From a virus, in the IMG/VR virus record IMGVR_UViG_3300013099_000020: 11,002 bases of DNA. One strand, 5' to 3'. This document shows positions 1 through 6,130 of the stretch, one piece after another (position 1 is the first letter of the stretch; the number at the start of each line of letters is the position of its first letter). Both the position numbers and the translations under genes were made by a program. The notes beneath the pieces are model-generated. The model did no database searches, was not told the origin of the DNA, and saw only the letters and a list, made by a program, of their open reading frames with translations.

Positions 1-197
1 GGGTTGTCATGGGCATGGGGCAAGGACCTAGCACCGCGTTCGAGAAGGGTGTGGTCAAGGTCACCCGCAAGGCCGTCGAGAACCCGGAGCTTATCCTGGC
101 CGCCCCCATCCCCGTTCCCGGTGCGTCGCTGCTAGCAGGTCTCGGAAAGAAGGGTCTGCGAGGCGCACTCAACAACTACGCCCCAGCTCCGGTGTGA
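1..197 (+). CDS. 3' end of an upstream gene, partial (reading frame continues from window start, codons phased from nt 3). The C-terminal tail is unusually basic and Gly/Pro-rich (…KGVVKVTRKAVENPELILAAPIPVPGASLLAGLGKKGLRGALNNYAPAPV). Hypothetical virion protein.
   Basis: Frame is open from nt 3 to TGA at 195-197 with no upstream stop in the window. Codon third positions are GC-rich. The next gene starts 8 nt downstream. Confidence 0.6.
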   Translation, partial: VVMGMGQGPSTAFEKGVVKVTRKAVENPELILAAPIPVPGASLLAGLGKKGLRGALNNYAPAPV

Positions 198-204
198 GTA
201 AGCC

Positions 205-1113
205 ATGGCACTAGAGACAGTCGATATCCTGATCGAGGATGATGAGGTAGTTCCCAACCCCATCGAGGGTGCGGTGGTGCGTGTCTTCGATGCCACTGGA
301 ACCACCTACATCACAGAGGGAACTACCATCGCGACAGGGCATGTGGAGTTCACCCTCGACGGGGATGATCCTGCAACCCAGTACTCCCTGCGCTTCTACA
401 AGCTTGGGATGGTTGTCACCTCCCCTCAGGCCATCGAGGTCTACTCGCCCCCGGCCAACTCGCCTACGGGCACCAACACCTTCTCGATCACGGGGACGTT
501 CACGGCCCTACCTACGGCGACCGACCCGCGCCTCTGCCGAGTTTCTGGGTACATCAAGGACGGGGCAGGGCGCCCCCGGTCGGGGATCGACATGCACTTC
601 ATCCCCCAGTTCAACCCCCTCATTGTGGACAACATCGGGATCCTTGGGGAACGGGTCACTCACAGAACAGACAAGCAGGGGTTCATCTCGATCGACCTAT
701 GGCGCAACGGCTGCTATCTCGCCACCATCGAGTCCCATGAGAACATCACTCGGGAAGTCGTGATTCCGGACAGGTCAAGCATCGACATCATGCCCCTTTT
801 GTTTCCGGTGGTGGAGAAGGTAGAGTACCTTCCGGCACCCACCTTTGTGATTCCGGTGGGGACTGAGATCCAGGTAATCCCTACCATAACTGCTTCAGAT
901 TTTCAGACATTGAGCGGAGCCGCCAACGGTGATGTACTCTACACATCCGATAACGAGGCCGTCGCCTACATCACCATCCGAGATGACTCAATCTTCATAC
1001 GTGGAAATGCCGTCGGAAGCGCCAACCTCAATGCAGTCCGAAAGGACCTCTCCATCATCCACGTCCCAGATCCAGGAATCGATGGGGGAGTCGCGGCAAT
1101 CAGCGTCGTCTAG
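205..1113 (+). CDS. Virion surface protein of 302 aa (decoration, fibre or adhesin-like). It has two N-terminal transthyretin/carboxypeptidase-regulatory-like beta-sandwich domains followed by a bacterial Ig-like group 2 (Big_2) domain.
   Basis: ATG at 205. Two repeats match the CarboxypepD_reg-like pattern G-x-V-x-D-x-x-G-x-P-x-x-G-A (…PIEGAVVRVFDATGTT… and …CRVSGYIKDGAGRPRSGIDMHF…). The C-terminal stretch TITASDFQTLSGAANGDVLYTSDNEAVAYITIRDDSIFIRGNAVGSANLNAVRKDLSIIHV is a classic Big_2 pattern. The protein is acidic and Lys-poor. GC3 is high. Confidence 0.85.
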   Translation: MALETVDILIEDDEVVPNPIEGAVVRVFDATGTTYITEGTTIATGHVEFTLDGDDPATQYSLRFYKLGMVVTSPQAIEVYSPPANSPTGTNTFSITGTFTALPTATDPRLCRVSGYIKDGAGRPRSGIDMHFIPQFNPLIVDNIGILGERVTHRTDKQGFISIDLWRNGCYLATIESHENITREVVIPDRSSIDIMPLLFPVVEKVEYLPAPTFVIPVGTEIQVIPTITASDFQTLSGAANGDVLYTSDNEAVAYITIRDDSIFIRGNAVGSANLNAVRKDLSIIHVPDPGIDGGVAAISVV

Positions 1114-1177
1114 TATTCAGCTCGACGGCGCTTACGTTGAGGAGCTGAAGGTACGATCGACCCCCGAGCGCCGCCTC

Positions 1178-1444
1178 ATGGTGGCTATCCTTCGTCGAGG
1201 CATCTGGGACTTCGCACTGTACCGAGACCTCGCCCCAAACACAGAGCGCCATAAGCTAGCGGTGGACGCAGCGGGCTGGCTCTTTTGGGATGGAGAAGAG
1301 CACCTCGATTCGGAGGGGCGGTACACCTTCCTCTACATCTGTTCGGCCCTGGGTCTCGATCCTCCGAACCTGCGCAGGGCTACCCTGAAGCTCACCCGGG
1401 AACACATCAGCAAGATCAACAGGCGCATCGAGACTGAGGTGTAG
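1178..1444 (+). CDS. Small hypothetical protein of ~89 aa, Arg/Trp-rich and roughly net-neutral. Start is uncertain: ATG 1178 is the first canonical start in this frame after the upstream gene's stop.
   Basis: Frame 2 is open from within the upstream gene. The portion upstream of 1178 translates to S/T/P-rich low-complexity typical of an overlapping shadow frame. From 1178 onward GC3 is ~70% and the sequence is non-repetitive (MVAILRRGIWDFALYRDLAPNTERHKLAVDAAGWLFWDGEEH…). Its TAG at 1442-1444 is 1 nt before the GTG start of the next gene. No convincing SD is present. Confidence 0.45.
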   Translation: MVAILRRGIWDFALYRDLAPNTERHKLAVDAAGWLFWDGEEHLDSEGRYTFLYICSALGLDPPNLRRATLKLTREHISKINRRIETEV

Positions 1445-1445
1445 G

Positions 1446-4019
1446 GTGCCGGGCTTTACCTCTGAAGAGATCCGGACTCAGATTGATAAGTTCCTGACCA
1501 CACAGGTGACTTCCGATCGAACCAAGCTGGGTCTGCGCGACACCCTGTCGATGCGCAACCAGGTCTACGACATCCTCTCCACCACCCTGCTGCTGCGCCC
1601 GGACTCGTTCTTCTATCTGGTGTGGCTCACCTCCAACAAGCTCGAAGGTTTGCGGGCGGCTCAGGCGGAGGACCTGGCTACCATCCAGGAGCTGGATGAC
1701 TTCCTGGAGTACCGGACTAAGCGGATCACCAGCACGACAGAGCTGACCAACGCTCAGGCAGCCATCCTCCAGCTCAATGCGGGGCTCAACGACCGACGCA
1801 CAGGGCAGGGGATTCGGGGCTCCATCGGGCCTGCTGTCGATCGGTTCCGCAGATCCTCAGACCGCTTCATCCATGCAGAGCTTGAACCCAACGTGGTGCG
1901 GGAAGGGGTGGTGACTGAAACCCCTGAGGAGATTCGGGCCACCATCGGGGAGCGACTCCAATCCATCCTCGCTCGTCACGGGAATATCAAGGAGTTGGCT
2001 GAGGCCCTCGTAGAGGCCACCGCCCGCCTCGATGCGGTTCGGCTACCGGAGACAGCGGTTCAGGCGATTGTAGGCCGCATCTCGGACAGCCTGGAGCTTG
2101 TTCAGGAGACCCTTGAGGGGGACGATGCCCTGTCCGAGTCTCGGGAGGCCATGCTGGAGCTGCTGGTCATGGGGACGGTCCTCAAAAAGGCCTCCAGCTT
2201 CGGCACCCCCCAGGAGACCCTGGCCCCCCTAGCTGGGGACGCTACGACTCTGACCCTCGGCGGGGAAGGAACTCCCGGGTCACTCCTCGGGATGGTCAGT
2301 GGCCCCTTCAACTACGACTCGACGGCCACCAACCTTCTCCGCACTCAGGTAGGCACGCCCCCTACTCAGATCGATATCACTCTTCCCGGGGGCAGCAACG
2401 CCTCGGTCCGAACCCCACCCACAGGGGGTGCGGCCTTCACGGGGGCAGAGGACTTCTCCATCAGCGTTGATGGAGGCTTCCCCCAAGCGTTCCTTGTTGC
2501 CGGTGTTCATGGCAGTGCTGCTGCCTTGGCTGCCTATCTGGATGCGCTACCCATAGGTGGTGCCACCGTCACCGCCGTCGGGTCCCGCGTCGTCATCACC
2601 TCTGACTCTTTCGGAGACAGCTCTTCGATCGAAGTCTTCATCTCCACTGCGGCCCAGGCTGCCTTCATAGCTCTCGTCCCCTTGGAGATTCCCTACAACC
2701 GTGGAGAGGGAGTCGGGATTGAGGAGATCTTGGATGCTGTCGGTGCCGCAACTGCGGGGATCTCAGCAGAAGAGGTGAAGGAAGAGTTCGATGCGGTCTC
2801 AGGCACGGTGAGCAGCGGTACCCCCACCGTCATCGATGCAGTCCTAAGCAGTGGGGCCGACCTCGTGATGACTGCGGACAGCCCTGTGGTGACCTCCCCC
2901 TCGATCAACTTCGAGCTGTTGGGGGTCCGCGCTGGGATGGGGCTGAACGTGACCGCGGTCGAAGAGTTCGTGATCCTGTCCGTAGACAAGAGCACCCTCA
3001 CCCTGACTACGGACTCGCCCGTCACGACTACAGGCACGTACGAGGTCGGCCCTGACTTCCGGTCGGTCCCCGATGGAGCCCGAGTGATCTTGTCGGCCGA
3101 CGTCAACTTCAGGAACACTGGCGCCTACCGGGTTGATGTTGGTGGGGGGTCTATTGCTCACCTTGTCCTGGACCGCTCGCTCTCCATCACCCCCGCAATG
3201 GAGGCGGTCTCCGGGAACATCTTCACCTCTTACCTGAAGGTCTCGGCTATTGCAGTCGGTGCTCTGGAAGGGATCGCTACCTTCCCTGCGGATGCAGGCC
3301 TCACAGCCCTGGGGTTCACGGCGTCAGCTGTTCAGGATCAAGGGCTGTCGGCCAGCGCTAGTTCCGCAGTTGACCTCCTGGCTCGGGGCGTCCGGCCCGG
3401 TGACCGCCTCTCGCTGAGCGTCGCAGGCACACCTCTCCCCGATCAAACGGTGGGCACGCTGGACCCTGCAACCCTCACCTTCAGTCCTGGGGTAGAGTTC
3501 CAGGCCAGTGACCCGACCTTCAGCATAGGTAGTGAGCGGCGAGGCTCCTGGGAAACCCTGCGCATCGCCGTCCAGGCTTGGCTCGATGATGAAGCTCAGT
3601 CGACCACGGACGATCTGGAGTTCCAGGTGAGCCGCCTTGTTCGAGGTGCCAACCCCAGCGCCACCATCGATGCGACGCTCACCGCCTACGCCAAGGGCCT
3701 GGACGTACTACAGGCAGCTTCGGCAGCCTATGTAGTTCCCGAGGAGCGGGGGATACTCAACGTCATTCGCACCCTCGACGAGCAGGGGATGGATCGAGCC
3801 CGAGACCTGCTCATCAATCTGGAGCTGACCGACTTCTTCCAGATGCCCAAGGACAGCGTCTCCTATTCGACCCACCTCATACGCACCATGGCGGACGAGT
3901 CCCGAGAACTTGTGCCCGTGGGGAAGCGGTGGAAGAGCAAGACCCCCAACACGCAGTACGAGATCTTGTCGACCCGAGACCACCCCACCAGTCGACAGAA
4001 CGACCCTCTGAACCAGTAG
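1446..4019 (+). CDS. Large virion structural protein of 857 aa. The N-terminal ~250 aa look predicted-helical and acidic, and the rest is beta-rich and Gly/Thr/Ser/Ala-rich. It is probably a tail or baseplate component; exact role unassigned.
   Basis: GTG start at 1446 is preceded by GAGGTG (1436-1441), an SD-like sequence. The start sits 1 nt after the upstream stop, consistent with translational coupling. The ORF is long and uninterrupted with a strongly GC3-biased, acidic proteome-like composition. It ends at TAG 4017-4019, followed 17 nt later by a perfect hairpin. Confidence 0.9.
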   Translation: MPGFTSEEIRTQIDKFLTTQVTSDRTKLGLRDTLSMRNQVYDILSTTLLLRPDSFFYLVWLTSNKLEGLRAAQAEDLATIQELDDFLEYRTKRITSTTELTNAQAAILQLNAGLNDRRTGQGIRGSIGPAVDRFRRSSDRFIHAELEPNVVREGVVTETPEEIRATIGERLQSILARHGNIKELAEALVEATARLDAVRLPETAVQAIVGRISDSLELVQETLEGDDALSESREAMLELLVMGTVLKKASSFGTPQETLAPLAGDATTLTLGGEGTPGSLLGMVSGPFNYDSTATNLLRTQVGTPPTQIDITLPGGSNASVRTPPTGGAAFTGAEDFSISVDGGFPQAFLVAGVHGSAAALAAYLDALPIGGATVTAVGSRVVITSDSFGDSSSIEVFISTAAQAAFIALVPLEIPYNRGEGVGIEEILDAVGAATAGISAEEVKEEFDAVSGTVSSGTPTVIDAVLSSGADLVMTADSPVVTSPSINFELLGVRAGMGLNVTAVEEFVILSVDKSTLTLTTDSPVTTTGTYEVGPDFRSVPDGARVILSADVNFRNTGAYRVDVGGGSIAHLVLDRSLSITPAMEAVSGNIFTSYLKVSAIAVGALEGIATFPADAGLTALGFTASAVQDQGLSASASSAVDLLARGVRPGDRLSLSVAGTPLPDQTVGTLDPATLTFSPGVEFQASDPTFSIGSERRGSWETLRIAVQAWLDDEAQSTTDDLEFQVSRLVRGANPSATIDATLTAYAKGLDVLQAASAAYVVPEERGILNVIRTLDEQGMDRARDLLINLELTDFFQMPKDSVSYSTHLIRTMADESRELVPVGKRWKSKTPNTQYEILSTRDHPTSRQNDPLNQ

Positions 4020-4035
4020 GCAAAAGAAGACTTAC

Positions 4036-4057
4036 AGGGACCTCCGAAGAGGTCCCT
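4036..4057. terminator. Perfect 9-bp stem / 4-nt loop hairpin (AGGGACCTC-CGAA-GAGGTCCCT), likely a bidirectional transcription terminator between convergent transcription units.
   Basis: Seen directly: 4036-4044 pairs with 4049-4057. On the plus strand it is followed by TGCTTCTC, a modest T-tract. On the minus strand it is followed by GUAAGUCUUCUUUUG, a good U-tract. It lies 17 nt after the 857-aa gene stop and ~10 nt after the stop of the putative 69-aa minus-strand ORF. Confidence 0.5.
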
Positions 4058-4067
4058 TGCTTCTCGG

Positions 4068-4277
4068 TCAGTTGTGGCCCGCACCATTGTGCGCGCGATA
4101 GTCACCACACGTGAAGCACCCACAGGGGCGCTTCTCACCGACCGAGCAAGGCCCTTGGGGCACACGCCCCGCAGCAATACTCATCACCCTACCGCCGTCG
4201 TCGGCTGCCCAACCCAAGAGCTTGTGCTCCTGGAGTCCGAGGACGAAGATCAACCCACTAATCTCAAGATGGTACAT
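4068..4277 (-). CDS. Possible small protein of 69 aa. It has a hydrophobic N-terminal segment (ISGLIFVLGL) and a Cys-rich C-terminus (C-x8-C-x-C-x2-C). It would be the second gene of the reverse-strand cassette.
   Basis: ATG at 4277-4275 (minus) is preceded by AAGGAG (plus 4283-4288 = CTCCTT) with a 5-nt spacer. Its stop at 4068-4070 sits just upstream of the 4036-4057 hairpin with a minus-strand U-tract. GC3 is only ~60%, and the same-phase antisense frame (plus 4074..4325, 83 aa) is also open, so coding status is uncertain. Confidence 0.3.
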   Translation of the reverse strand: MYHLEISGLIFVLGLQEHKLLGWAADDGGRVMSIAAGRVPQGPCSVGEKRPCGCFTCGDYRAHNGAGHN

Positions 4278-4284
4278 ACCATCT
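4267..4284. other. Perfect inverted repeat AGATGGTA-ca-TACCATCT (7-bp stem plus 4-nt loop ACAT). It overlaps the start codon and part of the SD of the putative 69-aa minus-strand ORF. It may act as a translational-control hairpin or as a terminator for the upstream 230-aa minus-strand gene.
   Basis: Seen directly. On the minus strand it is ~63-80 nt downstream of the 230-aa gene stop and is followed by UUGAGAUUAGUGGGUUGAUCUUCG, which is U-rich. On the plus strand it is followed by CCTTTCT. Confidence 0.3.
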
Positions 4285-4346
4285 CCTTTCTGAAGTCAGC
4301 TAAGATCTCTGCTTCATTATGCTAATAGGTCGATCGGATCTGATTT

Positions 4347-5039
4347 TCACTCTGGGTCGTCAACCACCGTGCACCACTCGCTGTGGTACTTGTCGATCCC
4401 CTGCGCCTCCTTCTTGAGGTACTCGATGGCGGCGCGAGCGCCGTCCTCGTAGGCCAAGCTCGAAGACATCGAGTAGACGTCCCCCTCCCTGCCCTCCCTG
4501 ATGAGGGTGTCCATGAGTGCGGCCCCGATCACCTTGGGGCTGTACTCCTCGTTGTTCCCCGCTATGTTGTGGACCCATGTCCGCTGGTTCATAGGGCTCT
4601 GCGGACCTGCGAACGCGAGCACAGCCACGATGACATGGTTCGCGTCACTCTCTTCGAGGGAGAGGATCTCCCCGTCGGTCATGTCGTCATCCGGGTTTGC
4701 CAGGTAGGCCTCCCTGGTGTAGACCACCACGGCGACTTTCTCGACCTCCGCCGCCAGGGAGCGGCGAAGATACATACCGGCTTGACCCCGGTGAAGAGCC
4801 ACCAGGTAGTCCCGGGTGTCGTGAGTGTGGCGCCCGACCCCTGCGGACACCATGTTTGTTGCTTCCCCTGGAAGCATGATGAAGTGTTGGCCTGGGACAC
4901 GGTCCCCTGCCGGGTCGTGATTGCTCACCGCGGTGGCGAGCAGCTCTTTGAAGCCCTCTCGGTGGGCCGGGATGACCTTGGTCCCGATGGTGGCGCCGTT
5001 GAAGGCGTGACATACGAAGCTGACCATAAAATCTGACAT
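4347..5039 (-). CDS. Hypothetical His/Cys-containing, enzyme-like protein of 230 aa encoded opposite to the structural module. Function unknown; candidate accessory (moron) gene.
   Basis: ATG at 5039-5037 (minus) is preceded by a perfect AGGAGG SD (plus 5044-5049 = CCTCCT) with a 4-nt spacer. GC3 is extremely high (~85-90% by eye), clearly higher than the overlapping plus-frame ORF 4383..5036, which is therefore a shadow. The protein is acidic. Motifs noted: FVCHAF near the N-terminus, GQHFIM, HTHDTRD, and KYHSEWC near the C-terminus. Confidence 0.9.
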   Translation of the reverse strand: MSDFMVSFVCHAFNGATIGTKVIPAHREGFKELLATAVSNHDPAGDRVPGQHFIMLPGEATNMVSAGVGRHTHDTRDYLVALHRGQAGMYLRRSLAAEVEKVAVVVYTREAYLANPDDDMTDGEILSLEESDANHVIVAVLAFAGPQSPMNQRTWVHNIAGNNEEYSPKVIGAALMDTLIREGREGDVYSMSSSLAYEDGARAAIEYLKKEAQGIDKYHSEWCTVVDDPE

Positions 5040-5133
5040 CTGTCCTCCTACTATTCGGAATGGGGATCTTCCCCGTTCACCTTGCTAATAGGGGGATGTG
5101 GGAGGCTTTTCCCACCCGTGATAGAGTCGGGCC
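5040..5133. promoter_or_regulatory. Divergent intergenic regulatory region between the minus-strand 230-aa gene and the plus-strand 111-aa gene. It contains the SD of the minus gene and two inverted repeats that are candidate operator sites.
   Basis: Seen directly: GGGGA-tct-TCCCC at 5062-5074 and GTGGGA-n6-TCCCAC at 5098-5115. AGGAGG (minus) lies at 5044-5049. CTTTTC at 5106-5111 lies ~-26 from the GTG at 5134 and is a weak TATA-like candidate if the plus gene is leaderless. Confidence 0.4.
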
Positions 5134-5469
5134 GTGCCAGAACAAACCAGCGAGCAGGCAGCCAGAGCGACCCTCCGGAGCTACCGTACGGTGGTTGCGC
5201 GTGTTGTGACTGCCCTGCGAAGTGCTGAGGTTCGCAACAGTTTCTCCAGTTTCTCTCTGGAAGAGGCCATCGATCAGCACATCGAGGCCATCGAGGGGGA
5301 GACTCAGGAGGGTCTGACCCGCCCCAACAAGCTTGCCCAAGTGGACCGAGTCAAGACAGACTTCGACAATGCTATCGAAGGCCTACGGGCGACTGACCCT
5401 GATCAGTTCCGACAGTCGGATCCAAATGAGGACGCCAATACAGAGGTCGCGGATGAGGAGGATGGGTAG
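5134..5469 (+). CDS. Small, highly acidic hypothetical protein of 111 aa, predicted helical. Function unknown.
   Basis: GTG at 5134 is the first start codon after an in-frame TAG at 5122-5124. GC3 is ~65%. The stop TAG at 5467-5469 overlaps the next gene's GTG (TAGTG). No SD is present, so the transcript may be leaderless. Confidence 0.55.
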   Translation: MPEQTSEQAARATLRSYRTVVARVVTALRSAEVRNSFSSFSLEEAIDQHIEAIEGETQEGLTRPNKLAQVDRVKTDFDNAIEGLRATDPDQFRQSDPNEDANTEVADEEDG

Positions 5470-6128
5470 TGCCTGAGGACATTCGTGTCATCCGTCTTCT
5501 CGATGTGCTGCCCATCATAAGGATTGAGGAAGCTGTCGGAGTATCGCCTCGTTCGGTGATCCTCACCGGAGAAGACTTCGAGAGTGTGGAGGAGGTCCTC
5601 CTCAATGGGTTCCCTTCGCCAGAGTTCGTGGTCTACCACCCTCAGAAAGTCTTGGCGCAGGTGCCTGGGGAGGTCGTCGCTACAGCCATCACAGACGTGT
5701 TCATCCTGTCGGCCAAGCTCACACTCACTGAGCGCAGCATCGTGGAGTTCACCTTCGGGACCCGGCCGGAGAAGGTGACAGGCATCCTCAAGCTCATGCA
5801 GACATTCATCCGGCGCCTCATTCGCTCGCCGAACACAAATGTCTTCCACAGAAATAGTGGGGGTGGCCTTTTCCATAAGATTGGGTCCACCGTAGGCGCC
5901 GGCCCCAACAGAAGTAGGGCGGCAGCGGACGCAACCATCGCAGTGAATCGCACTCAGGAACAGGTCATCGCAGTTCAGACTCCGATACGATCCATTCCCC
6001 CTACAGAGCGGCTGCTCTCTGCTACCATCACCGGCCTGGATGTCGACGTCCAGAACGGGGCACTCAGCATGTCCATCGACTTGATCTCTCACTCCGGACT
6101 ACGTGGTCGAGCAACCATCGTTAGGTAG
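5469..6128 (+). CDS. Putative baseplate wedge protein of 219 aa. The C-terminal half is reminiscent of the gp25/W family, and it sits immediately upstream of the J-like gene as in P2/Mu/T4-type baseplate modules.
   Basis: GTG start at 5469 overlaps the upstream stop and is preceded by GAGGAGGATGGG, a strong SD. The synteny of W-like followed by J-like supports the call. The C-terminal …ATITGLDVDVQNGALSMSIDLISHSG resembles gp25-family C-terminal beta strands. Assignment by eye only. Confidence 0.6.
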   Translation: MPEDIRVIRLLDVLPIIRIEEAVGVSPRSVILTGEDFESVEEVLLNGFPSPEFVVYHPQKVLAQVPGEVVATAITDVFILSAKLTLTERSIVEFTFGTRPEKVTGILKLMQTFIRRLIRSPNTNVFHRNSGGGLFHKIGSTVGAGPNRSRAAADATIAVNRTQEQVIAVQTPIRSIPPTERLLSATITGLDVDVQNGALSMSIDLISHSGLRGRATIVR

Positions 6129-6130
6129 CC

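Noticed and set aside
269-763. 164-aa Arg/Ser/Pro-rich alternative-frame ORF inside the 302-aa gene, along with several similar 60-140-aa ORFs on both strands within the 857-aa and 1350-aa genes
   Set aside because: These are low-complexity R/S/P/G-rich translations with poor GC3, nested inside long, well-biased genes. Such spurious open frames are expected at this GC content.
929-1444. 171-aa ORF overlapping the 3' end of the 302-aa gene by ~185 nt, a possible programmed +1 frameshift or fusion product
   Set aside because: The overlapping portion (929-1177) translates to S/T/P-rich low-complexity typical of an alternative-frame shadow in GC-rich DNA. There is no slippery site. A +1 shift into frame 2 is not the usual -1 chaperone frameshift. 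I therefore called only the downstream part (1178-1444) as a gene.
4074-4325. 83-aa GTG-initiated plus-strand ORF in the convergent intergenic region
   Set aside because: It has no SD and moderate GC3. It reads through the 4267-4284 hairpin and into AT-rich sequence with atypical codons. It is the exact-phase antisense partner of the minus-strand 69-aa ORF, which has a strong SD. I kept the minus ORF as a low-confidence call and treated this one as its shadow or as a non-coding region.
4058-4346. Possible tRNA, small RNA gene or attachment site in the 290-bp non-coding gap
   Set aside because: There is no tRNA-like T-loop (GGTTCGAAT-type) or cloverleaf. No direct repeats suggestive of att sites are visible. 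Only the two hairpins and short GATC-containing palindromes are present, which is insufficient to call an RNA gene.
4383-5036. 217-aa plus-strand ORF almost fully overlapping the minus-strand 230-aa gene, which would be co-directional with the structural module
   Set aside because: It is a same-phase antisense shadow. Its GC3 is ~60% against ~85-90% for the minus frame, and it uses rare codons. Its Cys/His/Pro/Arg-rich composition is typical of non-coding frames. It has no SD, whereas the minus gene has a perfect AGGAGG.
5403-6092. 229-aa Cys-rich minus-strand ORF (many CxxC-like pairs) antisense to the 219-aa baseplate gene
   Set aside because: It completely overlaps two well-supported plus-strand genes. 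Its composition and codon usage fit an antisense shadow. There is no start context or SD.
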